The position numbers and the translations under genes are program-made. From NCBI GenBank assembly GCA_965249135.1, contig OZ252220.1, positions 2,016,001 through 2,080,000 of the forward strand: a stretch of 64,000 bases of DNA, given 5' to 3'. Shown piece after piece: positions 1-11,542 of the stretch. The stretch is from Alphaproteobacteria bacterium (lineage in GTDB: Bacteria > Pseudomonadota > Alphaproteobacteria > GCA-2746255). The first letter of the stretch is position 1, and each line of letters starts with the position of its first letter. The notes under the pieces are model-generated. The model had not been told where the DNA came from, did not search any database, and worked only from the letters and a program-made list of their open reading frames with translations.

Positions 1-2030
1 CCTTCGCCTCCGGCGGGTCACAAGGCTACGATCATAAGAAGATGGGCATCACGGCACGTGGAGGCTGGGAATCCGTCAAACGCCACTTCCGTGAAATTGG
101 TATTGATACCCAACAGACGGATTTTACCGTCGTCGGGGTGGGGGACATGTCCGGGGACGTCTTCGGTAATGGAATGTTGCTATCCGAGCACATTTGCCTC
201 CTCGCCGCCTTCAATCACCTGCATATCTTCATCGACCCCGAGCCGGATGCGGCCAAGAGTTTTCAGGAACGCAAACGGCTTTTCGAAACGCCACGTACGA
301 CTTGGCTTGATTACGATGCGAAGTTGATCTCAAAGGGAGGCGGGGTCTTCGATCGCTCGGCGAAATCCATCAAGCTTTCCCCGGAGATCCAAAAGCGATT
401 CGGGATTTCGTCCGCAAGTGTTACACCGAACGATTTGATTCTTAACCTTTTACGTGCGGAAGCGGACTTGCTTTGGTTTGGCGGCATCGGAACCTATGTG
501 AAGGCGGCCAGCGAAAACAATCTCGATGCCGGCGATCGTGCAAACGATGCGCTTCGGGTAGATGGAAAAGACCTTCGCTGTAAAGTCGTGGGCGAAGGGG
601 CAAATCTTGGCATTACACAATTGGGACGGATTGAGTATGCCTTGGCAGGAGGACGTCTTAATACCGACTCGATCGATAATTCCGCGGGCGTGAACTGTTC
701 CGACCACGAAGTCAATATCAAGATTTTACTAAACGAAACCGTAGCAAGAAAAAAGCTTACGGAACGCCAGCGCAACAGTCTTTTGGCGCGCATGACGAGT
801 GAGGTTTCCAACCTCGTGCTCCGAGACAACTACTTGCACACGCAGGCCATCACATACGTCGCTTCGCGGGCCGGGGACCTTCTTGATCGTCAGGCGGGGT
901 TGATCCGGATGCTGGAACGTCAGGGAAGGCTTGATCGTGAGATCGAGTTTTTTCCAAATGATGAGTCGATTGAAGAGCGACTCATGGCACGGCAAGGCTT
1001 AACCCGGCCGGAAATCTCCGTTCTCATTTCCTACGCGAAGAATTGGGTCTACAGCGAACTTCTAAATTCGGATCTACCCGACGATCCCATTCTTGCTGCC
1101 GATCTCGAGCGCTATTTCCCGTCACCTCTTCAAAAAGATTATGGGCCCGAAATTGCAAACCATCGTCTCCGCCGCGAGATCATTGCAACGCAGGTCACGA
1201 ATGGCATGGTAAACCGGATGAGTGGCGCCACCATTGCTCAATTGATCGAAAGCACAGGCATACCGCTTGGCGACATTGCGCGCGCCTATCTTATTACGCG
1301 TCAGGTATTTGGCTTTCTCGATATGTGGGAGCATATCCAGAAGCTCGATAACAAAGTCGATGCAAGCATACAGACGGAAATGTTCTGTTATATCGGACGA
1401 CTTACCGAACGGGGAACGCTCTGGTTCCTTCGAAACGGAAATCGGCCATTGACGATTGCGGGGCATCTCGAAGAATTCGAGTCTGGCGTTGTTGAATTTG
1501 TTGGATCCCTTAGGGAAATTTTGCCTGAAGAGGATCTTGAGGCAGTCGAAAAGCGAAAGGCGCACTACGTTTCGGCGGGGGTTCCGAAAAAACTAGCAGG
1601 CCAAGTATCGGCCATGGATTTTCTTGCGTCGGCCTTTGATGTGGTGTTGGCGGCTCAGGATTCCGGTCATACCGTAAAAGAAATCGGTGAGCTTTACTTT
1701 AAAATAGGCGTCGCCTTTGGTCTTGATTGGCTACGCATCGAGGGACAACGGATCATGCCGGAAAGCCACTGGCAGAAGGCGGCGATCGAGGCGATTCTGG
1801 ATGATTTATTCGGCCAGCAGGCGGCGGTCACATGTCGGATTGTCCGTGCCGGAAAAGGGGTTCCGCGTCTCGATGGCGTACTCGATTCGTGGATGTCGGA
1901 CCATAAACTCTCCGTAGAACGGACCCGCCAGCTTTTTAACGACATCCGTTCGGCAAGCGCGCTGCACAGCTTCGATCTTGCCATGCTGACGGTTGCAAAC
2001 CGTCAGGTGCGATCGCTCATCCAGGAATAG
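1..2030 (+). CDS. NAD-specific glutamate dehydrogenase (large form), C-terminal part; gene starts upstream of the window
   Basis: Motifs GYDHKKMGITARGGWESV, GVGDMSGDVFGNGML, GEGANLG and DNSAGVNCSDHEVNIKI; the reading frame is open from the window edge. Confidence 0.93.
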   Translation, partial: FASGGSQGYDHKKMGITARGGWESVKRHFREIGIDTQQTDFTVVGVGDMSGDVFGNGMLLSEHICLLAAFNHLHIFIDPEPDAAKSFQERKRLFETPRTTWLDYDAKLISKGGGVFDRSAKSIKLSPEIQKRFGISSASVTPNDLILNLLRAEADLLWFGGIGTYVKAASENNLDAGDRANDALRVDGKDLRCKVVGEGANLGITQLGRIEYALAGGRLNTDSIDNSAGVNCSDHEVNIKILLNETVARKKLTERQRNSLLARMTSEVSNLVLRDNYLHTQAITYVASRAGDLLDRQAGLIRMLERQGRLDREIEFFPNDESIEERLMARQGLTRPEISVLISYAKNWVYSELLNSDLPDDPILAADLERYFPSPLQKDYGPEIANHRLRREIIATQVTNGMVNRMSGATIAQLIESTGIPLGDIARAYLITRQVFGFLDMWEHIQKLDNKVDASIQTEMFCYIGRLTERGTLWFLRNGNRPLTIAGHLEEFESGVVEFVGSLREILPEEDLEAVEKRKAHYVSAGVPKKLAGQVSAMDFLASAFDVVLAAQDSGHTVKEIGELYFKIGVAFGLDWLRIEGQRIMPESHWQKAAIEAILDDLFGQQAAVTCRIVRAGKGVPRLDGVLDSWMSDHKLSVERTRQLFNDIRSASALHSFDLAMLTVANRQVRSLIQE

Positions 2031-2055
2031 ACCGGATGGGGATGACCGTTCCTCT

Positions 2056-3642
2056 TTAATGATGGAAGTGGCGCATGCCGGTGAACATCATCGCAAGCCC
2101 CTTCTCGTCGGCTGCCGCAATCACCTCTGAATCGCGCTTTGAACCGCCCGGCTGAATGACGGCGGTTGCTCCCGCCTCCGCCGCTGCAAGGAGGCCGTCG
2201 GCAAACGGAAAGAAAGCATCGGACGCAACGACGGAACCCTTGGCTAGGCTATCCGCCTCATTGGCTTGTTTCGCCGCCTCAGCCGCTTTGTGCGCGGCGA
2301 TGCGGGAGGAATCGACGCGACTCATTTGGCCCGCGCCGATCCCAACGGTCGAAAGGTCCCTCGCATAGACGATGGCGTTGGATTTGACATGCTTGGCGAC
2401 GGTAAAGGCAAAAAGGAGGTTGGCCACCTCGTCCTTTGTCGGTTCGCGCTTCGTTACCACTTGGAGATCGCCATTGTGGATTTGGCCGTTATCACGGCTT
2501 TGCAGGAGGAATCCGCTCGCCAGGTCACGGAAGACGATCCCCGCCTCGCCCAGATCCGGCATGCCGCCGGTGATCAGCACGCGTAGGTTCCTCTTCGCTC
2601 CCAGGATATTCCGTGCTGCCTCATCCAGGGCCGGCGCGATGACGACTTCTACAAAAAGCTTGGCGATTTCCTCCGCCGTCGCGACATCCAGGGGTCGGTT
2701 GACGGCGATAATTCCCCCGAACGCGCTTACCGGATCGCAGCGCAGGGCTTTCTCCCATGCAGTCCTCAGGTTTTTAGCTTCGGCAACCCCGCAGGGATTG
2801 GCATGTTTGATGATGGCGATGGCCGGCTCCTTGAACTCGGCAACCAGCTCAAAGGCGGCATCCGTGTCATTCAGGTTGTTGTAGCTGAGTTCTTTTCCCT
2901 GAATCTGTTTTGCCGTTGCTACGCCGGGACGGCTCGCACCATCGGTATAGAAGGCAGCCTTCTGATGCGGATTTTCACCGTAACGAAGCGTTTGCTGCAA
3001 TTCCCCGGAAAAAGTGACCCGCCGCGGGAAGAAATCCGAAAGCACGCCCGCGAACCAGTTGCCGATCACGGAATCATAGGCGGCGGTTCGTTGGTAGGCA
3101 TTCGTGGCGAGGCGATAGCGTAATTCCAGTGTCGTAGCACCCTTTGTCTCCTTCATTTCCGCCATTACCGCCTCATAGTCGATTGTGTCCACGACGACGG
3201 TGACGAAGGCATGGTTTTTTGATGCCGCACGTAGCAGTGCGGGTCCCCCGATGTCGATATTCTCGATGCAATCTTCGAAAGAGGCCCCTTTCGCAACCGT
3301 CGCCTCAAACGGGTAGAGATTGACGACCAAAAGGTCGATCGGCGCAATGCCGTGATTCTTTATTGCCTCCACGTGGGACGGGTCATCGCGTCGCGCGAGA
3401 AGCCCACCATGTATGAGCGGGTGAAGGGTTTTTACCCGACCATCCAGGATTTCCGGAAAACCGGTGTGGTCCGACACCTCGGTGACAGGAATGCCGGCCT
3501 CCCGCAGCTTTTTTGCGGAGCCACCCGTAGAAAGAATCTCTACTCCGAAATCCGCAAGGAAACGGCCGAATTCCTCCAGCCTGGTCTTGTCGGAGACCGA
3601 AATCAGCGCCCGACGGATGGGGATGAGATGAGGATCAGACAT
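2056..3642 (-). CDS. purH: Bifunctional AICAR transformylase/IMP cyclohydrolase
   Basis: [33 protein letters not shown] and C-terminal GMRHFHH; start taken at MSDPH (ORF extends to 3672). Confidence 0.97.
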   Translation of the reverse strand: MSDPHLIPIRRALISVSDKTRLEEFGRFLADFGVEILSTGGSAKKLREAGIPVTEVSDHTGFPEILDGRVKTLHPLIHGGLLARRDDPSHVEAIKNHGIAPIDLLVVNLYPFEATVAKGASFEDCIENIDIGGPALLRAASKNHAFVTVVVDTIDYEAVMAEMKETKGATTLELRYRLATNAYQRTAAYDSVIGNWFAGVLSDFFPRRVTFSGELQQTLRYGENPHQKAAFYTDGASRPGVATAKQIQGKELSYNNLNDTDAAFELVAEFKEPAIAIIKHANPCGVAEAKNLRTAWEKALRCDPVSAFGGIIAVNRPLDVATAEEIAKLFVEVVIAPALDEAARNILGAKRNLRVLITGGMPDLGEAGIVFRDLASGFLLQSRDNGQIHNGDLQVVTKREPTKDEVANLLFAFTVAKHVKSNAIVYARDLSTVGIGAGQMSRVDSSRIAAHKAAEAAKQANEADSLAKGSVVASDAFFPFADGLLAAAEAGATAVIQPGGSKRDSEVIAAADEKGLAMMFTGMRHFHH

Positions 3643-3729
3643 GCAAGGGCTCAATTCCGAAGTGATGGACAATACGATGTTCGCTGGACGCGAGTGTGCA
3701 TGACCGACTTCCGAACGGCAACCACTCGC

Positions 3730-5667
3730 TTAGGATATGGATTCGCGGCTAACGGGACTTGAAACCGGGGCCGGCGCTACCCCCTCAAACTCTGGAACGA
3801 GTTTGTCGAGAAGCTCCCTTACATCATCTGTTTTACGAGCTTGGCAAAGCTCGGAAAGCTCATCGAAGCCACGGGCAAGGATTGCGTGGTCGGCCGTGCG
3901 CGGCGCGGCAAGCAGGATGCCTTTGTAAGCCGTTTCTATCAGCTCCTCCGAGGCATGGAAGAGTTCCTCGTTGAGCTTCTCGCCAGGACGAAGACCGGTA
4001 AATTCGATGTGAATGTCATCCCCGGGCTGAAGACCTGCCAGACGAATCATTTGTCGGGCCAAATCCTGAATGCGGATAGGTTCACCCATATCGAGAACGA
4101 AGATGCCGCCGTGTTCTTTCTCATGGGCGCCAAGAGCGGATGCTTGCAGCACGAGTTCGACTGCTTCTCGGACAGTCATGAAATAGCGGCTCACCTCCGG
4201 ATGTGTGACGGTTAAAGGCCCGCCATGTCGCAGCTGATGCTGAAAAAGTGGTACGACAGAGCCAGTCGAGCCAAGAACGTTGCCGAAACGAACGGTCAGG
4301 AACCGCGTGCCACTTCCACTCGTCGCGGAGGTCAGATCAAGCGATTGGCAATAGCTTTCCGCCAAGCGCTTCGTTGCCCCCATTACATTCGCCGGATTCA
4401 CAGCCTTGTCGGTGGAAACCATAACCATGGCCGTTACGCCTGCCTTGCGGCAGGTATCGGCCACGTTTCGGGTGCCAATGGCATTCGTTAGTACACCTTC
4501 AATCGGGTTTTTCTCGACCATCGGAACGTGTTTGAGGGCGGCCGCATGGAAAACGAGATCCGGAGTTTCGCGGGAAAAAACGATTGCGAGTCGTCCAAGA
4601 TCCCGCACGTCACCGAGGAGCGTGCTTCGCGAGAGTTCAGCATGTCGGCGAATGAGTTCCTGATCGATCTGGTAGAGGTTGAATTCGGAGTTATCGAACA
4701 GGGTTAAATGCGATGGCGTGTAATCGGAGATTTGTCGAACGAGCTCGGCACCGATCGTACCTCCTGCACCTGTCACCAAGACTCGCCGCCCGGCAATCAA
4801 TTCTCGCATGACATCCCGATCCAATACTGTCTGCGGCCGGCCCAACAGGTCCTCGATCGCAATGAGGCGGACCTCAAGGCCGTCACTATCCCCTCGGTGG
4901 AAATCCGTGATTTTTGGAATCCGCGACAGCGATATTCCAAGTTCATCGGCGATTTCAAGTAGTTCCCTTACTTTCGCGCCGTCCAGGTTCTGACGCGTCA
5001 GGATCAGGCGTTGAGGCCGCTCGCCCCTGCGTTCGAGCCGCTCGACAATATCGGGGAGCCTATCAGGGGTGCCCAAAACGGGGATGCCGCGAATATTTCG
5101 TCCGACCCGGCTACCCTTCTCATCGATGACGCCAATCACGCGGTAAGCGGCACCAGCCTCGTGATCGGTCGCGCGGATGAACATCTCCGTGCCTTCGCCA
5201 GTTCCGACCAGAAGAACGGGCACGCGCCGGTGTTGGTTTCGTTCCAACAGATAATCGAACTTACGATCCTTGGTCAGCCGATAGAGAAAACGCGGTCCTC
5301 CAAGAAGTGCCATAAGCACAAACCAATTAATCACAAGGAGCGAGCGCGGCAATGCTTCAAGGCGTGTCACCATGAACATGAGAGGTGTGAAAATCAGGAT
5401 CACAAGCGTTACAGCGCGTGTGATTGCAACAAGATCGTCAAGCGATGCATAGCGCCAGATGCCGCGATAAAGTCGCATCGACAAAAATATGCCGGCCGCC
5501 ACGGCAGTGAAGATTGCCGTTCCCTCGAACAGGAAGTCTTGGGAATATTCGAATAGCTTATTGCCCAACCGAAGGTGGAGCGAAATCAAAAATGACAACG
5601 CCGCCATGACGATGTCGTGGGTGAAGGCGACCCAAGGATGACTAATGCGGCGGAAGAAATCAGCCAT
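3730..5667 (-). CDS. CapD/WbpM-like membrane-bound nucleoside-diphosphate sugar dehydratase
   Basis: Four N-terminal TM segments, TGAGGTIG, HAAALKHVP, STDKAVNP, RFGNVLGS and GLRPGEKL. Confidence 0.93.
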   Translation of the reverse strand: MADFFRRISHPWVAFTHDIVMAALSFLISLHLRLGNKLFEYSQDFLFEGTAIFTAVAAGIFLSMRLYRGIWRYASLDDLVAITRAVTLVILIFTPLMFMVTRLEALPRSLLVINWFVLMALLGGPRFLYRLTKDRKFDYLLERNQHRRVPVLLVGTGEGTEMFIRATDHEAGAAYRVIGVIDEKGSRVGRNIRGIPVLGTPDRLPDIVERLERRGERPQRLILTRQNLDGAKVRELLEIADELGISLSRIPKITDFHRGDSDGLEVRLIAIEDLLGRPQTVLDRDVMRELIAGRRVLVTGAGGTIGAELVRQISDYTPSHLTLFDNSEFNLYQIDQELIRRHAELSRSTLLGDVRDLGRLAIVFSRETPDLVFHAAALKHVPMVEKNPIEGVLTNAIGTRNVADTCRKAGVTAMVMVSTDKAVNPANVMGATKRLAESYCQSLDLTSATSGSGTRFLTVRFGNVLGSTGSVVPLFQHQLRHGGPLTVTHPEVSRYFMTVREAVELVLQASALGAHEKEHGGIFVLDMGEPIRIQDLARQMIRLAGLQPGDDIHIEFTGLRPGEKLNEELFHASEELIETAYKGILLAAPRTADHAILARGFDELSELCQARKTDDVRELLDKLVPEFEGVAPAPVSSPVSRESIS

Positions 5668-5744
5668 GTTACTCAGTATCTGACATATGGCTCACGGGCA
5701 GTATAACGGCCGGGGCCACACCGCGCATAGAGGCATTCCCCTGT

Positions 5745-6695
5745 TTATTTGGTCTTTCCTTGTGCTCGATACCAATGAACGGTTTTACGCAGGCCCGCAT
5801 CAAGGGAATCCGGCGGCCACCAGCGAAGGGTATCGTGGATATGTGTGCTACTCAATGTAAGGGAACCGAGAAGGCGACGCGCCAAATCCGTTTTCCCGAC
5901 CAGCTTAAGCGCGAATTCCAGAAATACCGGGGAAACCGGTAGCATATAGACTCGTTTTCCCATTTTTTCAGAAATTCCGATAGCAAGCTCCGGTGTTGAA
6001 ACATCCTCGCCGTCACTCACGAGAAAAGTTTCGCTGGCGGCTTTTGGATGTGTCAAACAACAGCAGATTGCACTCGCAAGATTATCAGCGCCGATCAAAC
6101 TTCGCCGATTGTGAATTCCGCTGAATGGGAGTGGAAGGCCCAGTTCGCAGAGGCGTAATAACTTAAGCAAATTGCCTTTCACGCCTGGCCCATAAACGAG
6201 TGGGGGGCGCAGAATAACCAACTCCATCGACGTTTCGCTAACCATCTCTCTTAATGCAATCTCTGCCTCCAATTTCGAAATGCCGTAGGGGTCTTTCGGT
6301 GCCGGGATATCTTCTTCCCGGTAAGGCTGCGGGCCTTCGCCATTGACCTTGATGCTGCTCAAAAAAACGAAGCGTTTGATTCCAGCCTTGATGGCTTGCT
6401 CGGAAAGACGGCGGCTGCCCTCGACGTTTACTCGGCGGTAGGTGGCCAGCGGGTCCACCGCTTCGTCTCGTAGGATGTGGACGCGTCCAGCAAGATGAAC
6501 GACCGCATCCATTCCATCCAACGCCGATTCCCATGACGTTTCCGGACCGATGTCGGCGATTTTCCGGATCGGGATTGTCGGGTCAAGCGAGTGAGTGTCG
6601 CGCACGGCGGCAACGACGTCGTGTCCGTTCGCAATCAGGGCCGGGCAAAGCGCCTGTCCGACCAATCCATTCGCCCCGGTTACCAGGATGCGCAT
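5745..6695 (-). CDS. NAD-dependent epimerase/dehydratase (WbpV-like)
   Basis: ILVTGANGLVG, YGISK (YxxxK) and RPPLVYGPG; start overlaps upstream stop (TAATG at 6693-6697). Confidence 0.9.
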   Translation of the reverse strand: MRILVTGANGLVGQALCPALIANGHDVVAAVRDTHSLDPTIPIRKIADIGPETSWESALDGMDAVVHLAGRVHILRDEAVDPLATYRRVNVEGSRRLSEQAIKAGIKRFVFLSSIKVNGEGPQPYREEDIPAPKDPYGISKLEAEIALREMVSETSMELVILRPPLVYGPGVKGNLLKLLRLCELGLPLPFSGIHNRRSLIGADNLASAICCCLTHPKAASETFLVSDGEDVSTPELAIGISEKMGKRVYMLPVSPVFLEFALKLVGKTDLARRLLGSLTLSSTHIHDTLRWWPPDSLDAGLRKTVHWYRAQGKTK

Positions 6696-7699
6696 TATGC
6701 CTTCTCCCGAAAGGGATTCCATAGGATTCCGAGAACCATTCCAACCAAGAGGGTGGCGACGAAAAGAGAAAGCCAGGGCAAACCAGTCGAAGCCAGAACC
6801 GCAAGTCCGATAAGTCCTAAATTCGTCGCCAGGACAACATAGACAACGCTCGCATGGCTAAGGCCGCGACGAATCGCCAGTTGATAGAAATGGCTGGCAT
6901 GTGCTTCCCAGATTTGTTCTCCTGCAAACAAACGTCGAATCAGTGTCATTGTCGAATCCGCCAGGTAGTAGAAGGGCAACACCAATGACTCGACCCAATG
7001 GCCACTCGCTGCTAGGGAAATTAAGAGCCAGCCAAGCAAAAAGCCGAGGGGGATACTTCCCACATCGCCAAGAAAAATCTTGGCCGGCGGCCAGTTCCAA
7101 ACTAAGAACCCAAGCGCCGCCGCTGCGATCGTGATCCCGTAATAGGAGAAGCTCGGCGCCAACCCGACGAGCAATGCGACCAGTGCCACGCCGAACCCGA
7201 GAGCCGCAGTCTCCACGCCGGCAATGCCGTCGATTCCATCCATAAAATTAAAGAGATTGAGGAACCAGATCCAGAGAAGGCCTGCCGCAATTCGATCAAG
7301 CAATGGAGGCAGGATTCCTTGAAAAACCATAGCATCGCTTGGGAAGACAATAAGAACGGTCGTGACAGCGATGCCCTGAAACAACAGACGGATCGTCGGA
7401 GATAATCCCTGAAGATCGTCGACCCAAGAAATCGTCGCCAAAAAGAAAGCTGCGCCGAGTAGGGTCCATCCCCCAACCGGGACGGACGGAACGAAATAGA
7501 CGATGGCGCTCCACGCCAACAGCAGTACCGCGATCACACCCAACCCGCCACCGCGCGGTGTGGGTAGGGTGTGGCTGCTGCGCGGGTTTGGATGATCGAG
7601 AACGGCGTACCGATGAAGGAGGTGTCGAACGAAGCCCGTGCTTGCCCAGGCGGCAATTAACGTCACGCCCCCGGCAAGAAAATACGTAAGCCATTCCAT
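6695..7699 (-). CDS. MraY/WecA/WbpL-family polyprenyl-phosphate glycosyl-1-phosphate transferase
   Basis: RSSHTLPTPRGGG, NLFNFMDGIDG and KIFLGDVGS; multiple TM helices. Confidence 0.92.
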   Translation of the reverse strand: MEWLTYFLAGGVTLIAAWASTGFVRHLLHRYAVLDHPNPRSSHTLPTPRGGGLGVIAVLLLAWSAIVYFVPSVPVGGWTLLGAAFFLATISWVDDLQGLSPTIRLLFQGIAVTTVLIVFPSDAMVFQGILPPLLDRIAAGLLWIWFLNLFNFMDGIDGIAGVETAALGFGVALVALLVGLAPSFSYYGITIAAAALGFLVWNWPPAKIFLGDVGSIPLGFLLGWLLISLAASGHWVESLVLPFYYLADSTMTLIRRLFAGEQIWEAHASHFYQLAIRRGLSHASVVYVVLATNLGLIGLAVLASTGLPWLSLFVATLLVGMVLGILWNPFREKA

Positions 7700-7771
7700 G
7701 ATGCGGGTTATAGCCTGCTCACTCGGCTCTCTGCAAAAGCAAGTTCTATGGGTGTGAGGCTACCATTTTCC

Positions 7772-8998
7772 CTAGGAAGTACCCTTTGGTAAGGCTTCAC
7801 CCTTCCCTTCCTCGCCGAGCCCCACCATTACGGCAGTGATTAGAAGCAGCAAAGCAAGCCACCAGGATTGCCATATGCCATAACCAGTAGTAGCAATGGC
7901 AATGCCCGTGACTAGTGCTCCGATGAAAACTGCATTCTGGAATGGATCCAGTCGTCTTCGTTGGATGATGACAAATAACCAAGTCATAAACAGGCCACCG
8001 ATAACGGCTCCAAACAATCCAAGTTCCAGCCACCATTGTAGAATCGCGTTATGTGGATGGAGGGGCAAGATCTCGCCGCCACCTCCAACGTTCCAGACAA
8101 TTTGCGCGCGGCCAGGCATGTCCCTGCCAGTGTCGAGCCCCCATCCCGTGAAAGGGCGCTCTTCGACGCGATCGGCTACGTATTGCCAAATGTAGAGCCG
8201 GTGAATTACCGAAGTTGGAATTTCAGGCACTGCTTCCCAAAGTACTTTTGGTTCGGGGAGGGCGCGCGGAATAAGCGGCGCCAGTGCAGTGCCGGCCATG
8301 GTTAAGCAAATAAATACGATAGCGGTCCGCTTCGGAGAATTTAGCGCAAAAACAAATGCTATTAGACCAATACTGAAACCAACCAGCGATGAAGCATTTT
8401 CAAGTTGGATAAGAATGGCAAATAATAAGGCAAAAACCGTAACAATCATCCAAGGGCGGGGTTTTGGTCCGATCGATAATAGGATCGGCCATGCAAGTAG
8501 TGTGACAAGCGTAGTCCAGCGATTGAACTTCGTATATAGCGGGTATTGTTCGCCCCAAAGTGGATTGTCCCAGCGATAAATTGCTAGGTCTGTGAAGACC
8601 TCGATTGTCATGAATAGCGTTGCAACTGCAAATCCGGCTAGCAATGCTAGGCTAATCGGGTGCCGTTCATGCGGCTCCAGTGCGCGCGCTCCTGCCAGCA
8701 ACACAAGCCCACATGCAGCAATACCGATAAGTTCGAGCGCTTGAGTCACACTCCTTTCCGGTGCGACGGACCACAAGCTGCTTACCCCTCCCCAAGAAGC
8801 AAGAACGATAAAAAAAGCTGCAGCTATCCAAGAGATCTTCAATCGACCCGTTTTTCGGCAGAAAGAAAGAACGAGAATTAGCAATGTCATAAGAATTAGA
8901 AGTGGCATAAAAAATCCGGATAGATATACGCCGAGCGTTGGAATAAAAAATGCACATGTGGCCAGAAGGTGTCCGTTATGCAGTTCGCGAAGTCTCAC
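7772..8998 (-). CDS. O-antigen ligase family membrane protein
   Basis: About 10-12 TM helices, HRLYIW...PFTGWG and LHPHN motif. Confidence 0.85.
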   Translation of the reverse strand: MRLRELHNGHLLATCAFFIPTLGVYLSGFFMPLLILMTLLILVLSFCRKTGRLKISWIAAAFFIVLASWGGVSSLWSVAPERSVTQALELIGIAACGLVLLAGARALEPHERHPISLALLAGFAVATLFMTIEVFTDLAIYRWDNPLWGEQYPLYTKFNRWTTLVTLLAWPILLSIGPKPRPWMIVTVFALLFAILIQLENASSLVGFSIGLIAFVFALNSPKRTAIVFICLTMAGTALAPLIPRALPEPKVLWEAVPEIPTSVIHRLYIWQYVADRVEERPFTGWGLDTGRDMPGRAQIVWNVGGGGEILPLHPHNAILQWWLELGLFGAVIGGLFMTWLFVIIQRRRLDPFQNAVFIGALVTGIAIATTGYGIWQSWWLALLLLITAVMVGLGEEGKGEALPKGTS

Positions 8999-9795
8999 CG
9001 AAAATGTGCCCCTCGAGAAGGATGAAGAAAGAAGTAATCACGCCACGGCTCGTCTATTACCGTGTCTACTCGCTTTGGTTTTCCGTCTTTTAGACAATAG
9101 GGCTCATAACCTCGAGATTCAAAGAAACCGAAAACCTCTTCTTTCGAAGCGTTGAAACTACCTTCAAGTGCGTGAGGGTGAATTTCAATGAGTGCATTTG
9201 GAAGATTACGGTCGATCATTCGTTCTCCGCCCCTAAGCACCTTGTATTCCGCCCCCTCTACGTCGCATCTTAGAAAGTCGATTTTCTCAATGCGATTTCG
9301 TTTGCAAAAAGCATCGAGGGTTACCGCTTGAGTCAGTTCCGTGACAACGTCTTCCATCTGAATGTCAGGGAAAGAAGCGCGGCCTTCTTCTAAGGCGGCG
9401 ACATGGCCGAAAGAATGGCCAAGACGGCCACTCGTCTTCACGGGCACAATAAGATCAAGTTCGCCAATGTGGTCCATGAGGGCAACGTTAAAACAGCTTA
9501 CGTTCCCAAGTCCATGAAACGCCATGGCGCGCTTTAAAATCTCAAAGCTGTAACTCGAGGGCTCAAAGCAGTAGACGTGGCCTCGCTCTGCGAGACGGGC
9601 CATCACCAATGTATGCCTTCCATCGCTGGCCCCAACGTGCAGACAGATGTCATCTGACTGAATGATATCTTTTAGATAGGCCACTTCGGGTTCGAATTTA
9701 TAGTGGCGCAGATTTCTGGAGATGACGCGAGCTGTTGCCATCCAGGATCGCAGGGGTTTACCCATTATCGTCCAGATATCCTCATTCCGGAACAA
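8995..9795 (-). CDS. FkbM family methyltransferase
   Basis: HVGASDG, FEPS and IDFLRCDVEGAE motifs. Confidence 0.85.
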   Translation of the reverse strand: MFRNEDIWTIMGKPLRSWMATARVISRNLRHYKFEPEVAYLKDIIQSDDICLHVGASDGRHTLVMARLAERGHVYCFEPSSYSFEILKRAMAFHGLGNVSCFNVALMDHIGELDLIVPVKTSGRLGHSFGHVAALEEGRASFPDIQMEDVVTELTQAVTLDAFCKRNRIEKIDFLRCDVEGAEYKVLRGGERMIDRNLPNALIEIHPHALEGSFNASKEEVFGFFESRGYEPYCLKDGKPKRVDTVIDEPWRDYFFLHPSRGAHFR

Positions 9796-9811
9796 GAGGC
9801 ACCGTCCAGTG

Positions 9812-11542
9812 TTAAGCTGTTTTGTGTGATGGAATGCGTTTGAATGCCCACTTCACTTGGATGGGGCTTCCTTCCAGCGGGCCGCTGACAACAATTTGTT
9901 CGCTGCGATACATTTTACGCCAATCGCCAAGGTAAGCGCTTTTTTCAAGGTGGATCACACCACCAATGGCTTGAAATTTCCAGCCACCGCCTTTTGGAAG
10001 ACGAAGCAAGGCGGTAAAACCATCACGTGCCAATGAGATAGAAATATTTGGGTGCAGATGAAAACGAATATCGAATCGAGACTCACCGAGTCCATCGATG
10101 TGGTCTTCGCCACGCAAGTCCTCTCCATCTGCTGAAAGATAAAGCCGTCGTCGGTGCACAAGACCGAACGGCCCGCGATAGCCATCGTGGCTTCCCTCGA
10201 CCCAAACGTTGCCGTCTTTCTCATCGCGGCGGCAGGTTACCTTGCGAGGTCGTCGTCCTATACTTCCATCCGAAAGAATCTCTGACGAATTCGTATCCTC
10301 GATCGTAACGGTCGAATGGGCTGCGGTTGAACGGATAGCCTCACGCCACTCATTCTTGTTTCCTGCGTAGGCGCCACTATTTACGACTAGGCGTTCCTTG
10401 CCGCTGCTCATTTCGAAAGAAAGGGTTCCGGCATGGGGTTGTTGAATGCCAGGTGCAGCGGGTTCGGGTACGCCGGTGTCAAAAAGAACAAGTGCGCGGC
10501 CAGCCACCAGTCGCTCGAAGCCTGTATAGGGAGCGCTTTCCGGTGGATTGCCACTCGCATCTGCTCGTCCTAGCACCATGTCGATCAACCAGCTTTCTTC
10601 CTCATGCGCACCATTGAAAAGAGCAAGCCCTCCATCACCATGTCGGAAGAAACGAAGCATGGCTCCCATACGATCCGTCGTCGATTGCAGCACTCCAGGC
10701 ACTTCGCGATGGGTAGACAAAAGAAGCGCTCGGATCTCCGCAAGATCACGAAGAACGACAAGCTGAACGGAAGGACTCCGAAGGATGTGTCCGCCGTCGC
10801 TATAGATCTGTCGGGATATTTCCTTCTCCAGCAGTCGGAGACCGCTTTCAAGGTACGGCTCATGCTTTGCAAAGACGGCGCCGACATAAATCAGGCCTTT
10901 GGCAACGGCGATTCGGGCCGGGCCATGAAGATGGCCGGGAGCTGCGCGATAAAGGTGCCGCGCCTGGCGTGCAAGAGAGGCTAGAAAAGTGATGCGGAAA
11001 CTGTCTTCTGCACCGGCACATAGAAATTCACCATGACTGGCCCAGGAAGAAAGGCGCGAGCCAAGCACATCGGCGCGCCAACCGATTGGATGCCAAAAAT
11101 GATTGGCTTCGATCCAGTCAAGGATAAGCTTACGTCCCTGACGGCGTGCCGCATCCGACCCGATCGAGCGAAGGTCACGCAACCAGGCAAAACCATGCAG
11201 CTCGGCAAGCCAGTTTGGGTCTACCCCAGGCGCCCCCCAAAACCGCGCCTCGTGGCGGATGGTCGTACCCTGGAAGGCGAAGGTGTTGTTGAGGATGGCC
11301 TCGCCGCGCTCGTAATTGCCTGGCCATGGATCCGAGGGGATGACTTCAAGGCGCCTTGGCGCCTTTCCGATCAGGAAGAGCGAGTAGAGTGGGTTTCCAC
11401 AGAAAACGCTTTCGAAACCGCTCTTAAGTTTCCGAAGGTAACGCTGCAGCCAAATGCTGAAAGCCGACGTTCCTGAACCCGTGTGGGCATAGAGTTCAGA
11501 CGGTTGGACCGCACTTCCTTTAAGCCCGTCTAGAGGTGACAT
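9812..11542 (-). CDS. Heparinase II/III family protein
   Basis: [33 protein letters not shown] and RSTAAHST; usual rpe-adjacent position; start uncertain. Confidence 0.85.
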   Translation of the reverse strand: MSPLDGLKGSAVQPSELYAHTGSGTSAFSIWLQRYLRKLKSGFESVFCGNPLYSLFLIGKAPRRLEVIPSDPWPGNYERGEAILNNTFAFQGTTIRHEARFWGAPGVDPNWLAELHGFAWLRDLRSIGSDAARRQGRKLILDWIEANHFWHPIGWRADVLGSRLSSWASHGEFLCAGAEDSFRITFLASLARQARHLYRAAPGHLHGPARIAVAKGLIYVGAVFAKHEPYLESGLRLLEKEISRQIYSDGGHILRSPSVQLVVLRDLAEIRALLLSTHREVPGVLQSTTDRMGAMLRFFRHGDGGLALFNGAHEEESWLIDMVLGRADASGNPPESAPYTGFERLVAGRALVLFDTGVPEPAAPGIQQPHAGTLSFEMSSGKERLVVNSGAYAGNKNEWREAIRSTAAHSTVTIEDTNSSEILSDGSIGRRPRKVTCRRDEKDGNVWVEGSHDGYRGPFGLVHRRRLYLSADGEDLRGEDHIDGLGESRFDIRFHLHPNISISLARDGFTALLRLPKGGGWKFQAIGGVIHLEKSAYLGDWRKMYRSEQIVVSGPLEGSPIQVKWAFKRIPSHKTA

